Assembly (NCBI GenBank): GCA_013265495.1
Contig: MU057640.1
Span: 1,249,303 to 1,313,302 of the forward strand
Direction of reading: 5' to 3'
Source: Vicugna vicugna
Lineage: Eukaryota
DNA: 64,000 nucleotides
Below are positions 50,601 through 63,365 of the stretch, one piece after another. Under the pieces are notes generated by a model, which was given only the letters and a program-made list of their open reading frames with translations, had not been told where the DNA came from and ran no database searches. The position numbers were made by a program, and so were the translations under genes. The stretch's first letter is position 1. Each line of letters opens with the position of its first letter.

Positions 50601-51067
50601 CGGGCATCCTGGGTGGGGATCCTGTGAGCTCCTTCAGCATTTCCTCATGTTTTCCATTTGAGACAGGCTGACCCTAGTAGTATCCAGGAACCTGTCCTTT
50701 ATGACGGAAAGATCTGGAAGGATTGGGAGCACAGCCCAGCTTGGAAAGACCACAATTTTTGCTATCTAGCCCTTTAGATAAAAAGTTTGCGGATCTCTGC
50801 TTTCAACGAATGCCTAAAATTTTAACTTCTTTGGTTCTTCCCTTAGAACAAGAATATTATCTTTGACAATATTTGCAAAACAAATTAGAGGCATTCATTA
50901 ACCTTCACTGCTTTGTTTTCCCCTATTAGCTCAGTGACAGGTATAAAGAATGTTAGTCATTCCCCATGACTTTTGTCCCTCCCTAGTACAATCTAGTTAA
51001 ACTGGATGTATTATATGTATGGTTTTTGCTCACTTTTTATTTTTTCAGATTCTACATTGCAACTAAT

Positions 51068-51320
51068 CTTTATTTGTTTTTCAATGAAGTATAGTTGATG
51101 TACAGTGTTGTGTTAGTCTCTGGTGTACAGCATGGTGATTCAGTTATGCTCACGTACACACTATACATTCTCTTTCGTTACAGGTTACTACAAGCTATTG
51201 AATATAGTTCCCTGTTCTATATAGTAGGATCTTGTTGTTTACCGTTTGTATATAGTAAAGTTAGTGTCTGCACATCCCACATTCCTAACTTATCCCTCCC
51301 CTCCTTTTCTCACTTTGTTA
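51068..51320 (-). mobile_element. L1 3' end (artiodactyl type)
   Basis: tgaagtatagttgatgtacagtgttgtgttagtctctggtgtacagcat..aatatagttccctg. Confidence 0.85.
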
Positions 51321-52396
51321 TTCATGAATTAGCAATCTCATTTTGAATTCTCCCTCCTAGAAAGGGATTATTTTTTTAATCCAAACTACATATTTTGGCC
51401 ACTGTATCATCAAATTTTAAAATCATTTCAACTAAACTTTAAAAGTACCCATTGTTTTCTATAAATATTGCACTGTTAGTGCCGTCAAGAGTGTCATTGT
51501 ATTTGGCTCAACATTAGACATATAATATTTCAGGCTTGGACACCTGTTTCCTTATCTTTGTTGAGTATCTTAACTGTTGGCTGTTTATCCACTCTGCTGT
51601 CCATTTTCGTAGTGGCGTGAGTGCACTTTGACATGTAAACCTGCCTACAGTCAGTGTTTCCAGTTTTTTAAAAAATTCTAGCAGTCCATTTCTCTAAAGA
51701 TAGTCTATTACTTTTCTCTTTTCAGCCTCTTTTCTTTTCTGAGTTCCACAGTCATGTTTTCTATTTTTATCATCATCCTAATTTGTTCTGCGATTTTCAA
51801 GGAGCTAGAAAAATTAAATGAAATTATATCCCAGGTGCACACAATTTTAATAACTATTTCTCAAAAATGCTAATTACTGTAAGTTTAAAATTAAAAAGTG
51901 ATTCAGTATCTCCCTTCAAACATGTTACCCCTGGACCTCTGCATACACACAGTGAAGAGCAATGTGAATAGGTTGATATTTCCAAATGTTCCTCAGCCGC
52001 CCATATGCACCTGTTGTGAATATCACAGAACTGAGCACCAAGAGGAGGTGGAAAACGAGCCCTCGGCGCTATCGAGAAGCAGTACTTTGCCGTGCACAAA
52101 GCGATCCCTTTGATGCTGTTTGGGAGGCTGTATTTGACAAGCTGCTTTGTCTTTTCTCCACCCTAGGCACTCCCAGCGCTCAGCTCCTTCCCACATTCCA
52201 CAGCGGCACCCAGCTCCCATTGGCCTTCGAGCATTCTTTCACCACCGCCTTTTGTTTTGAAGCCATAGAGCAAAAGAGAATGTCAGGCGTTTCTGAGTCC
52301 TGATGGTGTTAGCGAGGAGAGTGCTGAGGGTTTACAGGTGACCCCGCCAGCACTGGGGGCTGCAATGCCAGGTGAGCTAGGTATTCTCTTACACGT

Positions 52397-52422
52397 TGTG
52401 TGTGTGTGTGTGTGTGTGTGTG
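52397..52422. repeat. (TG)n microsatellite
   Basis: Read directly. Confidence 0.95.
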
Positions 52423-53395
52423 GTATGTGCGTACGTGCATGATTTGTGAGTCCTGTGTAGCATGGAACCCCTCTTGCCCAGGCTTACGGGTGGTGCTGAG
52501 AGTGAGGGGCCATGTGGGGGGCTACCCTCACTTCAAGCTCTGTTGGGCATGGAGAAGTGGGAAGACAAGAATGAGATTTTGAGAGCTTCCCACAAACCCG
52601 GGAGGAAAACGGGATTTCTTAGGTTCTGAGCCCAGTGTCCCAAGATATGGCAGGACCTCAGAGGGAAAGATCTGCCTGAACACAGCTAGGGAGGCAGGGG
52701 CCCCAGCCTGGGGAGTAACCGCCATGTCCTGCTCAGCAGGTGAGAACAAGGAGCATGTCAGACCACGATGTGATGACAGGAAGACCTGGGACCTATATGA
52801 CCCTGGGAGGGCAGGTGAGAGCCTCGATCACTACCGAGACGCAATTCCCTTTCAGCCTAATCAGATTAGTGCAGATAGGCCAGATTTAGATCAGGAAAAA
52901 AGGAAAGAAACGTGAGATTTCTTACACACCATAAAATCATAACCCACTTCATAAATACGTCTGGTGAATCTTGACACTCATCTCCTCCTCTTCTCTCCCC
53001 TACAGTCTTAAAGTTGAGGGAGCTCATGGCCTGGGGAAGGGTGGACTCTAGGGCCTTCCCTGCTGGGCAATCCTTGATGTTTCAGGAACTTACTTTAGGG
53101 GAAAAACAGTCTGTGTTTCTGTATCTGGGTACTTAGCGGAACACTTGTGGAGAATTCCTGATCAGAGAATCAACCACAATCAACTATAGCTCATCCGCAA
53201 CCCCTGCTCCCTAGTTCTTTCCAGAGTAGCTCCCGCTCCCAGGACCATTCAGGTGCTGGCGGAGGGAGGTTGTAAGTGGAAGTTTTGCTACTAGTTTGAG
53301 TAGAGGAAAATGAGGATTCTGGGCAGAAAACCATGTGGAACCACAACAGAAGTTCTCTTTCCTCTGAACGCCTTCCAGATTTAAGCAACATCTTT

Positions 53396-54304
53396 TTAAA
53401 AAATTGTTTTTAATTGAGGTATGGTTGATATCCAAAATTACATAAGTTTCATGTGTACGACATAGTGATACACAATTTTTAAACATTATACTCCATTTAT
53501 AGTTATTATTAAAATATTGGCTATGTTCCCTGTGTTGTACAATACAACTTTGTAGCTTATTTTTTTTCACACAGTAGTTTATACCTCTTAATCCCCTGAC
53601 CCTATCTTGCCCCTCCCCACTTCCTTCTTCCCACTGGTAACTGCTAGTTTGTTTTCAATATCTGTGAGTCTATTTCTTCTTTGTTATATTTGCTAGTTTA
53701 TTTTTTAGATTCCACATGTAAGTGATATTGTACAGTATTTATCTTTCTCTGTCTGACTTATTTCACTGAGCATAATACCCTCCAGGTCCATCCATGTTGT
53801 TGCAACTGGCAACATTTCATTCTTCTTTATGGCTAAATAGTATTCCATGGTGTATATAGACCACTTTTTCTTTATCCAGTCATCTGTTGATGGACACTTT
53901 GGTTGCTTCCATTATCTTGGCTGATGTAAATAACCCTCCTATGAGCATTAGGGTGCATGTATTTTTTTGAATTAGTTTTTTACTTTTTTCAGATATATAC
54001 CCAGGAGTGGGATTGCTGTTTCTAGTTTCAGTTTTCTGAGAAACCTCCATACTGTTTTCCATAGTGGCTGTACCAATTTACATTCCCATCAACAGTGTAC
54101 AAGGATCCCCTTTTCTCCACATCCTTGCCAACGTTTGTTGCTTGTGCTTTTTTTTTTTTTTGATGATAGCCATTCTGACAGGTTTGAAGTGATTTCTCAT
54201 CATGGTTTGAATTTGCATTTCTCCTATAATTAATGATGTTGAGCATCTTTTCTTATGCCTGTTGACCATCTCTATGTCTTCTTTGGAAAAATGTCTATTC
54301 AGGT
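53396..54304 (-). mobile_element. 5'-truncated L1 (ORF2 tail and 3'UTR)
   Basis: ORFs within 53880-54269 are frameshifted ORF2 C-terminus ([19 protein letters not shown]); degenerate TSD ttaagcaacatcttt / tgaagcagtgtcttt. Confidence 0.9.
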
Positions 54305-55779
54305 TGAAGCAGTGTCTTTATCATTTGCTCAGTGCTCTGAGGATCCCTTTGATTTCAGTGACTGACTGCCTCTTCACCACATCCGCAAATACCCAGAAAA
54401 GTCCTTGAAAGAAATTGTGCTTTGGGGGTCACCTGGTCAATAAGTGGGTCACTCCCAGCCCTGCCCATTAGCTCAGACACTGACAGGGTTGTGGGTCCTG
54501 CTCAAATCCAGAACAGGAGTTATCCCAGCCCTGGGAGAGCCCCAGGATCTAAGCCAAGCCTTTGTGCCTTCAGCTTTTCCCCTGACACAGCTCTCCTCCA
54601 CTTGAAGCAAAACTCAGAAGCAGACAGCAGAGGGAGCCAGCAGCCTGCAGCTGGCGTTCAGGCCGGGCTTCTGAAGTGTAATCACTATTCCAGAGGCTTG
54701 TTGGCTCTTCCCCAGGAAACTGGAGTGCCCAGAAAATACACACAGACTTAAGTGAATGCCTCCCAAGGGCTCCCTGTGGTTTCCATCCAAATTCATTACC
54801 TATGTCACCCTCCCATGTCAACCCATCTTTTCACAGTTGCTGTGTAATTAAATTAATGGGTGGAAATACAGCTTCGGTCTATGAAGGCTCGTTTTCCTCA
54901 GACTTACAGAGGGAATTTATCTTCATTTCTGATTCTTTTGCAGTAGACAACCCCTTCCCTCCTCTGGAACTTTCCCTCTGGCCCTCTTAAAATGGCTAAC
55001 GTGTGGACACCTGGAAACGCGTTGGGGAAACTGTATCTCAGAGCCCTGAATTGCCTATAAGAAGCACCTGTTGATAATGAGGCTCATCAACTCCTTAGCC
55101 AACTAACTGATTTTAAAAAGTGAGCGAGCCCTCCCGCCCCTCCACGTGCGCTCAAGTGAGGCCCTCCCCCTGTGCATCGTGCTACAGGAACATCATTTCC
55201 AAAGAAGGGCTGAACCCAGTCAGAGCAAAGCCCAGGTGAAAAGCCTCTTACACAAAACGTAAAGAAGAAAAGAAGCAGAGGCAGCCTCCATCCACCCCCA
55301 ACTCCACCCAAAGCCCGTGGGCTCGGCCAGGCCAGGACTTCTTCCCTCCCTCCCTCCCTCCTTCTGCTGAGGAGTCAGAATTCCTTGCATCTCTGCGCCG
55401 GGTCTCCGCAGACCTTGCAAGGCAGGTGCTGTGAGTTTCTTAAGATCAGGGCTCACAGTTCGACTCTGGATTTCAGAAGTGCTTCCACTTTCAGCCTCTA
55501 GGACAGCTGCCTCCTCTTCCTCGTCCTCATCCACCACGGGGGCTGCCTGGTCAATTTTGAAGGTCTTGGTTGCCTGCACCCTGATCCTCTCCTGGGCATC
55601 ACAGAGGTCTCAGCCCCACAACTTCATCTCCTGCCCGGAGACACCATGGAAATTTGACAGCTTCGTGTTGCGGGGCAGACACTGACGATGTTGAACAAAG
55701 AAACCAAAATCCGTCCTCATCTTGCTGGGACCAACAAGCAGCCTGGAGCCTGAAGGGCCCGGAGCCAGCAGTGGAGACC

Positions 55780-56420
55780 AGGAGGGAACTTGGAACAAGA
55801 AGGGTGAGTACAGCGGTGGGATTATGTGGTGGATTCATCTGGCTGAACGATGCTTCCCAAGGGGCCCTGTTTAAAGCAATGGATCCCACTCTGGATGTGG
55901 CGTGTGGTGGCCCCAGGCCCTGTCCTCCGCCGGTCAGCATGGTCATTCGTGTCCTCCATGAGGCCATGTTTATGCCTGACACACTTCATAGGATAGCTTT
56001 TATGCTAAATGACAGAATCGGCACAGTTGAAAGTATTCCACAGACTGAAACAGTCAAATCTCACAAGATGAAATTTGGTTGCGATAGGTGTAAACTCTTG
56101 AATGCAGAAGGAATACCCTAAAATATTGTGTGTGAACAAGTGTCGGGTGTTGGAGTTGCCTCTGTGCTCATATGGGATAGAGAAGCAAAAGGGGGGGCAC
56201 TCTTAGGCTGCATCACAGGAGATGTGGCACCCAGAAGTGGAGCGGTGGTCCCAGTACTGGAATAGTGTCCATCTCTGCCTCTCGTCTTTCGAGGGAGCCC
56301 AGGCAAACAAGTGACCAGGACGGTGAGGGGACTGAGGCCAAGGCTTGTAAGTGGCAATGAGAAGCCCAAGGATGCTTGGTCCAGGGGAAAAGCCTGGGAG
56401 GTGGAGAGGCCTAGAGAAAG
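55780..56420 (+). mobile_element. CR1/L3 LINE ORF2 reverse-transcriptase relic
   Basis: Translation ..WLNDASQ..DRI..SHKMKFGCDRCKLL aligns by eye with CR1 RT (WL..R.QRV..DRI..NKMKFN.DKCKVL); downstream tcttaggctgcatc..gtccca..ctggaatagtgtcca is L3-like. Confidence 0.7.
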
Positions 56421-56499
56421 AGGGGTGATACTTTGGAGTTTCAGAGGCTAGAACCAGGCCCAACAGGCTGGGAGGGGCATCGGTCCAGGACATCTCACA

Positions 56500-56695
56500 A
56501 AGCTGTGTTCAAACCCAGCTGAAGTAACTTGGCGCTGTCCTTAGCCCTCTGAACCTCGGACGTCAGCCGTAAAGCAGGGATGCTGGTGCGTCCGAGCTCC
56601 CGAGCCGCCCCCAGGATCGAACACTAGCCGCAAAGTGCCTAGCAGAGTGCCAGAAACATGGTAAGGGCTTGCTAAAGTGTGCTTCTGGTTACTAT
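56500..56695 (+). mobile_element. MIR SINE
   Basis: gttcaaacccagct..cttagccctctgaacctcg..gtaaagcagggatg..aaagtgcctagcagagtgcc. Confidence 0.7.
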
Positions 56696-58627
56696 CAGGT
56701 GGTAGTTAGAAGGGGGCAACTTGGGGTTTAGTGCAGAAGAATCTTCTAGCACTTGGAGCTTCCCCTCCACTGAGTACAATTCTGGCAGGTGTCAAACATT
56801 CGGGTGGTTATAACCCTGAGAATGGAATGCTTTTGTGTACTTTGCTGCCCCAGCTAGATTGATTACAAGTATTTCTCCCTGCCTCGAGGGAGAATTTAGC
56901 TCTGCCTCTGAGAAGAGAGCTGTGCTTGGCCCCTGCGGCCCCTATGCTGCAGAACAGCCAATCAAACGGACTTGGGGAAGCTGTCCCGAGCCTAGGGCCG
57001 TGGTTCACGGCACCCCCAGTGAGTGGGGCTTAGAAGCCATGAAGGTCTGAGAGACTGGCTGGATGTGCCGGAGAATTTAAAGGGCATTGAGGTAGCACGG
57101 GGAGGTGGATGTCGCTTCCTCCTCCAACAGCGTCTTTCATAAGGAGTCACAGTGATGCCAGGGGGAAGCTCACTGCCCCCCAGCTGAGGGCCCTCCTTGA
57201 TTCCACTTCCTGCTCGTGCTTGTGGTCAGTTCTCTGGCAAATTAAGAATCTGGGTCCAGCTGGCAGGCCGTGTGACTGGCAGAGGGGAGCTGTTTAGGGG
57301 ATTAAGCTGACGTTCCTACGCTGAGCTCACCCTGGCTTGAAGCACGGGAGACCCGGCAGCCAGGCGGCCTCTCATACCTCTAGACGGCAGGCAGGGGGTG
57401 TCGTGGCCCCGCAGACTGGAATTCTAGCGCCTGCATCGCTTTCCCGGCAACAGAAGGGAGGCTTGCTGATGCTGCAGGAGCAGCTAGGCGACTGTCCCTA
57501 GAGCTTTGGCCGCTGGCTCCCCGCCTCAGAGCAGACAAGCTGCCTGCTGGCCGGGGCCTCCCGTACCACTTCCCGCCAGCTGCCTCCCAACTTCTCTGCT
57601 TACTCCCTCCTTCTGGAAGCATTTAGATGTCCTTCGGAGGTCATAAGGGATGCCCCCAATATATAGCAAATCCGGGGTTCTCAGGAGTGGGGTGATGGCC
57701 TAGGGAGCCAGCTCTTCCTCAGTTCTTCAGAGTTGGGGGTCTCTAGGGACCCACAGCAATTATCAACCTTTGCTGAGGTTTTTGGATGGAGATTCTTGGG
57801 CTTCGTGGGAAGGGGCCTGGGGTGAAGTTTGACATCCTCTTCTGCCATTCTCTTCTAATGGCACTCAGCCCAAGCTCGTGATTAAAAACTAAAAGGGAAT
57901 ATTCATCAGTTGGTGAAACTCTGGCACGCGGCTGGGGGCGGTGGTGAGAAGAGTGAGTGGTGGGGCCTCTCTGTCCAATAAAGACGTTGAAAAGGGCCTC
58001 CCTTGCCCCCACGACCGCGTGAGGAATGAGGTAACTGTCCACAGGTGAAGTCAGGATTCATGTTCTTACGGCTCCTGCTGAAAGTGCTGGGAGTCTAGTC
58101 CTTTAACTGTCACTGAGAAGTAATTGACCCTGTAACACTATTAGTTTCAGGTGTGCAACATGAGGATTTGGTATTTGTACATTGCGGAGTGGTCGCAGTA
58201 AGTCTAGTCACATTCATCACCACATAGAGTTAACGATCCATTTTCTTGTGATGAGAACTTTTAAGAGCCATCCTTAGCAACTTTCAAATGTACAAGGCAG
58301 TATCATTAACTGTTGTCACCATGCTGGACGTTACGTCCCCAGTGCATACTTATTTTATAACTGGAAGTATGTATCGTTTGACCCCTTTTACCCATTTCAC
58401 CCCCCCACCCCCCACATTCTGGCAAGCACTAGTCTGTTCTCTGTATCAGCAAGTTCAGGTTTAGGGGAGAGGTGTCTTTGTTTTTTTAAGATTCTACATA
58501 TCAGTGAGATCTTACAGTATTTGTCCTTCTCTTTCTGACTTATTTCACTCAGCATAATGCCTTCAGATTACACCCATGCTGTTGCAAGTGGCAAGATTTC
58601 TTTCCTTTTTACAGCTGAATAATATTC

Positions 58628-58629
<2 letters not shown>

Positions 58630-58667
<38 letters not shown>
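58630..58667. repeat. (GT)n microsatellite inside L1
   Basis: Read directly. Confidence 0.95.
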
Positions 58668-58670
<3 letters not shown>

Positions 58671-60389
58671 CACGCATACCACTTTCTTTATCCGTTCATC
58701 CATCCATGGATGCTTGGGTTGTTTCTTCATCTTTGCTATTGTAAATAATGCTGCAGTGAACATGGGGGTACATATAACTCTTCAAGTGAGTGTTTTCAAT
58801 TCCTTTGAATAAATGCCAAGAAGTGAAATTGTTGGATCGTATATATAGTAGTTCTATTAATTTTTTTGAGGAACTTCCATACTGTTTTCCATAGTGACTA
58901 TACCAATATACATTCCCACAAACAGTGCACATGGGTTCCCTTTTCTCCACATTCTGGCCAAAATGTGTTATTTGCTGTCTTTTTTGATAATAGCCATTGT
59001 AACAGTTGTGAAGTGATATCTCATTGTGGTTTTGATTTGCATTTCCCAATGCTTAGTGATGTTGAGCATCTTTTCATATACCTGTTGGCCATGTGTCTTT
59101 GAAACAATGTTTATTCAAATCTTCTACCCATTTTTTAATTTGGATTGTTTGCTTTGTTGCTTTTGAGTTGTAATGAGTTCTTTCTATGTTTTGAATATTA
59201 ACCCTAATCAGATATATAATTTGCAAATATTTTCTCCCTTTCAGTAGATGGCCTTTTCATTTTGTTGATGGTTTCCTTTGCTGTGCAGAAGCTTTTTAGT
59301 TGAAGTTCCATGTGTTTAGTTTTGCTTTTGTTGCTTTTGGTTTTAGATCCAAAAAATCATCACCAAGACCCAGGTCAAAGAGCTTACCACCTTGTTTTCT
59401 TCTAGGAGTTTTATGGTTTCAAGTCTTACATTCAAGTCTTTCATTTGTTATGAGTTAACTTTTGTGTGTGCTATAAAATAGTGGTCCAGATTCATTCTTC
59501 TGCATGTGGCTTTCCAGTTTTCCCAACACCATTTCTTGAAGAGACTGTCCTTAAACCTTCATTGTATATACTGCCTCCTCTGTCATAAAGTTAATTGACC
59601 ATATATGCGTGGATTTCTGGGCTCTCTGTTCCATTGATCTGTGTGTCTGTTTTGATGCCAATACCAAACTATTTTACTGCAGCTCTGTAACAAAACTTGA
59701 AATCAAGAAGCACGATGCCTCCAGTTTTTAGGTTCTTTCTCAAGATTGGTTTGGCTATTAAGGGTCCCTTGTGGTTCCATATAAACTTGAGGATTGTTTG
59801 TTCTATTTCTAGGAAAAATGCCACTGGGATTTTGGCAGAGATTGATTTGAATCTGTAGATTGCTTTGGGTGGTATGGGCATTTTAACAATGTTCTCCTAA
59901 TCTGTGAGCATTGGATATCTTTTCATTTTTGTGTGTTTTCATTAATTTTTGTTATCACTGTCTTATACTTTTCAGTGTACACGTCTTTTACCTCCTTGAT
60001 TAAATTTATTCTTAGGCATTTTATTAATTTTGATGCAACTGTATTCGGCATTGCTTTCTTCATATCTCCTTTTGATAGTTATTGGTGTATAGAAACATAA
60101 GATATTTGTGTATTGATTTTGTGTCCTGCAACTTTATTGATTAGTTCTAATTGTTTTTTGGTGGAGTCTTTTGGGTTTTATATATATATAATACTATGCC
60201 ATCTGCAAATGATAATGATAGTTCTACTCCTTCCTTTCCAACTTGGATGTCTTTTCTTTCTTTTTCTTGCCTAATTGTTTGGGGTAGAATTTCCAATACT
60301 ATGTTAAATAAGAGTGGTGAGACTGGGCATCTTTGTCTTATTCCTGACCTTAGAGGAAAAGCTTTCAGCTTTTCAAAGTTAAGTCTGAT

Positions 60390-60745
60390 GTATGTGGAAT
60401 CTTAAAAAAAAAAAAAGAGAGAGAAAGAAAAAAGAGGACAGTAATGAACTCATCCTCAAAACAGAAACAGACTCAAAGACATAGTAAACAATCTTATGGT
60501 TACTGGGAGAGAGTGGGTGGGAAGGGATAAATTTGAGAGTTTGAGATTTGCAAATGTTAACCACTTTATATAAAAATAGATTAAAAATCAATTTTCTTAT
60601 AGCACAAGGAACTATATTTGATATCTTGTAATAACATTTAATGAAAATGAATATATGTGTATATGTGCATGACTGGGACATTGGGCTGTACACCAGAAAT
60701 GGACACATTGTAACTGACTAAACTTTGCTTTTTTTTTTTTAATTG
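60390..60745 (+). mobile_element. Young camelid-type L1 3'UTR inserted antisense into the long L1
   Basis: gcatgactgggacattgggctgtacaccagaaatggacacattgtaactgact; TSD aagttaagtctgat 60376-60389 / aagtaaagtatgat 60746-60759. Confidence 0.85.
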
Positions 60746-63365
60746 AAGTAAAGTATGATTACTGTGGGCTTGTCATATATGGCCTTTATTATGTTGAGGT
60801 ATGTTTCTTTCATATCCACATTGCTGACAGTTTTTACCATAAATGGATGTTGAAAATTTCAAAGGCTTTCTCTGCATATATATGATTTTTGTTCTTCGTT
60901 TTGTTAATGTGGTGTGTCACATTGATTGGCAGATAGTAGTGTATAACATTATTGAACCATCTTGCATCCCTGGAATAAATCCCACTTGATCGTGATGTAT
61001 GATCCTTTTAATGAATTGTTGCATTTGGTTTGCTAATATTTTGCTGAGAATTTTTTGCATCTATGTTATCAGGGTTATTGGCCTATAGTATTCTTTTCTT
61101 CTGGTGTCCTTTTCTGATTTTGGTATGAGGGCAATGGCTGGCCTCAAAGAATAATTTGGAAGAGTTCCCTCCTCTTCTGTTTTTTTGGATATTGAGAAGG
61201 AAGCTGTCTGGTCTTGGACTTTTGTATGTTGGGAGGCTGGTGGTTGCTGATTCGAGCTCCTCACTAGTAACGGGTCTGTTCAGTTTTCTATCTCTTCATG
61301 ATTCAGTCTTGGTAGGCTGTATGTTTTTACAAATTTATCCATCTCTTCTAGGTGTTCAATTTTTTGGTGTATATTTGTTGATTGTAGTCTTTTATGCAAC
61401 TTTGTATTTTCTGTGGCATCAGTTGCAATGTCTCCTCTCTCATTTCTGATTTCATTTGTGTCCTCTCTCTTTTTCTTGGTGTCGAGCTAATGGTTTATCA
61501 GTTATGTTTATCTTTTCAAAGAACCAGCTGTTACTTGTGTTGATCTTTTCTGTTGTCTTTTTAGTCTCTATTTCATTCATTTCTACTCTAATCTTTGTTA
61601 TTTTCTTCCTTCTGCTAACTTTTTGTGTGTTCTTTTTCTAGTTCTTTGAAGTGTAAAGTGAGGTTGTTTGAGGTCTTTCTTGTTTCTTGATGTAGGCATT
61701 ATCACTGTGGAGTTCCCTCTTACAATTGATTTTGTTTCATCCCACAAATTTTGGTATGTTGTGTTTTCATTTTCATTTGTCTCAAGGTATTTTTAAATTT
61801 TTCCTTTGATTTTTTTTTTCTTAGACCCTTTGGTTGTTCGTTAGTATGTTGTTTAATCACCACCTATTTGAATTTTCTAGTTTTCTTCTAATTGGTTTCT
61901 AGTTTCATACCATTGTAGTCAGAAAAGATGCTTGACATTATTTCAGTGTTCTTAAATTTATTAAGACTTTCTTTGTGGACCAATATATGATCTGTTCAGG
62001 AGAATCTTCCATGTTCACTTGAGAGGATGTGTATTTTGTTGCTTTTGAATGAATTCTTATGTATATATCTGTTAAGCTCACCTGGTCTAAGATGTCATTT
62101 AATGTTGGTGTTTTCTTATTAATTTTCTGTCTAGATGATCTGTCCATTGATCTAAGTGGGGTATTAGGGTTTCCACTATATTGTATTGCTATTTCTCTTT
62201 TTAAGTCTGTTAAAATTTGCTTTATATATTTAGGTGCTCCAACATAGTGGACATAAATATTTACAAATGTTATATCCTATTATTGAAATGACCCCTTTAG
62301 AATTATGTCACTTTCTCCTTTGTCTCTTATTACTGTTTATCTTAAAGTCTATTTTGTCAGATTTAAGTACTGCTTCCTCACTCAGCTTTCTTTTGGTTTC
62401 CATTTGCATGGAGTATCTTTTTCCATCCTTTCAAATTTAGTCTGTTTCCTTATATCTGAAGTGAAATTCTTGGAGGTAGCATATAGATGGGTTTTCTGTC
62501 TTTTTATCCATTCAGCCACTCAATGTCTTTTGCCTGGAGAACTTAGTTCATTTACATTTAAAATAATTATTGATATATATGTACCTGCTGTCATTCTGTT
62601 AATTGCTTTCTGGTTTTCTAATTACTCTGCTCTTTTCTTCTTCTCTTGCTCTCTTCCATTGTGACTTCATTTTCTGTAGCGATATGCTTAGATTCATTTC
62701 TTTTTATCATTTGTGTATCTACTCTAGGTTTTTTGCTTTGTTGTTACTATGACGCTTGCATATGGCTTTAACTTATAACAGTCCTTTTAAAGTTGATAGC
62801 AACTGAGGTTTGAACTCAGTCTAAAGCTCTAAATTTTTACTACCCCACCCCAACATTTTATCTTTTTATATCAAAATTTATATATTTTTATCTTGTATAT
62901 CCCTTACCAAATTATTATAGTTATTCACTACTTCTGCCTTTTAACCTTTATACTAGCTTTATAAGTGATAAATCTACCACCTTTACTACAAAGATTATTC
63001 TGAATTTTAATATATATTTACCTTTACTAGTGAGATTTATACATCTGTATTTTTTCTGTTACTAATTGGCACCCTTTGTTTCAGCTTAAAATCCCTTTAA
63101 CATTTCTTACAAGGCCAATCTAGTGGTGATAAACTTCTTTAGCTTTGCTTATCTGAAAAATTCTTTATCCCTCCTTCAGTTCTGAAGGACAGCTTTTGTC
63201 AGGTAGACTGTTCTTGGTTGGTAGTTGTTTTCTTTCAGTACTTTGAATATATCATGCCATTCTTTTCTAGTCTGCAATGCTTCTGCTGAAAAATCTGCTG
63301 ATTAATGGAAGTTTCTTTCTACATAACAAGTTGTTTTTCTCTTGCTGCTTTCAAGATCCTCTCAA

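Larger units (their letters stand above)
58105..63362 (-). mobile_element. Long (~5 kb) L1 covering most of ORF2 and 3'UTR, decayed, with nested inserts
   Basis: ORF2 fragments: [24 protein letters not shown] (59669-59881), EEEGTLPN..IALIPK..YRPITL (61061-61264), MDRSSRQKINK..LDQ..LTDIY (61938-62147). Confidence 0.95.

Noticed and set aside
55220..55579. Acidic ORF (DEDEEEEAA) as a coding exon
   Set aside because: It derives from a short (CCT/CTT)-rich tract, with no recognisable family and no convincing splice boundaries
57300..57620. CpG island or promoter
   Set aside because: GC-rich with scattered CpGs but short, with no clear core promoter or downstream exon
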